DNA of 58,418 bases, filler included, from Ionaspis alba (Eukaryota), in the NCBI GenBank assembly GCA_964255285.1. It is 6 parts of 6 records of this genome, joined end to end, with 100 filler letters (N's around TTAATTAATTAA, not from the genome) between each part and the next. Parts side by side here need not be neighbours in the genome. Positions count along the whole stretch, not along the records: positions 48,801 to 58,418 come from CAXUUL010000660.1; 5 more parts are not named here. One strand, written 5' to 3'. Every line of letters starts with the position of its first letter. Within the stretch, counting starts at the first letter, position 1. Positions 57,923-58,418 of this stretch are shown in pieces. The notes beneath the pieces were generated by a model. That model had not been told where the DNA came from. It ran no database searches and saw only the letters and a list, made by a program, of their open reading frames with translations. Position numbers and translations under genes: made by a program.

Positions 57923-58418
57923 ATTGAGAGGTTAGTGGATGTGATAAGGCCTGACAGTATGAGAGATGATGAAAGGCTTGAATGCGTAAAGGTTGGGCTG
58001 GCTCTGATGTGAGGATGTGGTGGAGCTTCTAGCCGATTGTCTTGTGAAGTTGCAGGTCAGGTTTATGGCTCCGAGTGATCGGAGCTGAGGAGGAAGAGTC
58101 CAGAGGGTCGCTCGATGGTCATCTTATACTTCATCGGAGCCTCAATGGCACGTGGAAGAGGTGTCATGGCCGGCGAAGCTGAATGTGACCTAGGCTACAG
58201 AGATTCTGTAGCCTGGTGTCACAGTGTTCTCGATCTGCAGATATCACATTGTGGGGAAACGTAGCCTCTCCCGACCACATCCAATCAGACGATCTCCGCG
58301 CTGGAGATATTCAATGTGTATGCATCAAATCCTTCGAGCGAATTGAAGAAATTAAATACGAGAAATAGTCGCTTGGCGTTGTAACAGCGGCAATAACTTC
58401 TCTTGGTATTTCTATTTA

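Overview
Eukaryotic DNA from an intron-containing filamentous ascomycete (Pezizomycotina-type genes; a lichen-forming fungus is plausible but cannot be established here). The window is not one locus. It is six ~9.6-9.7 kb contigs of decreasing length (9672, 9664, 9660, 9659, 9645, 9618 bp) joined by artificial N44-TTAATTAATTAA-N44 linkers, with three further 100-N gaps, so neighbourhood across linkers is meaningless. Recognisable genes: COQ1, VMA12, DAL1 (allantoinase), a Reb1-like Myb factor, a WHIM/PHD chromatin protein, GCN20, ECH1, AIM24, SUI3 (eIF2-beta), TAF8, an XRCC2-like Rad51 paralog, a Maf-like pyrophosphatase, a small bHLH, trifunctional HIS4, LST8, a CEX1/SCYL1 pseudokinase and exon 1 of VPS55. 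The last contig looks accessory: PTH11-like receptor, tandem F-box-like paralogs, a HeLo-like N-terminal-domain protein and a small secreted protein. The most interesting unexplained signals are (1) a ~490 bp self-complementary non-coding element upstream of DAL1 with four exact ATCGAGTAA copies and four GGAACAGC copies, (2) a 375 bp MITE-like element with bipartite inverted repeats and a perfect 9-bp target-site duplication upstream of ECH1, and (3) a recurrent C-rich to G-rich sense-strand skew flip near gene 3' ends.
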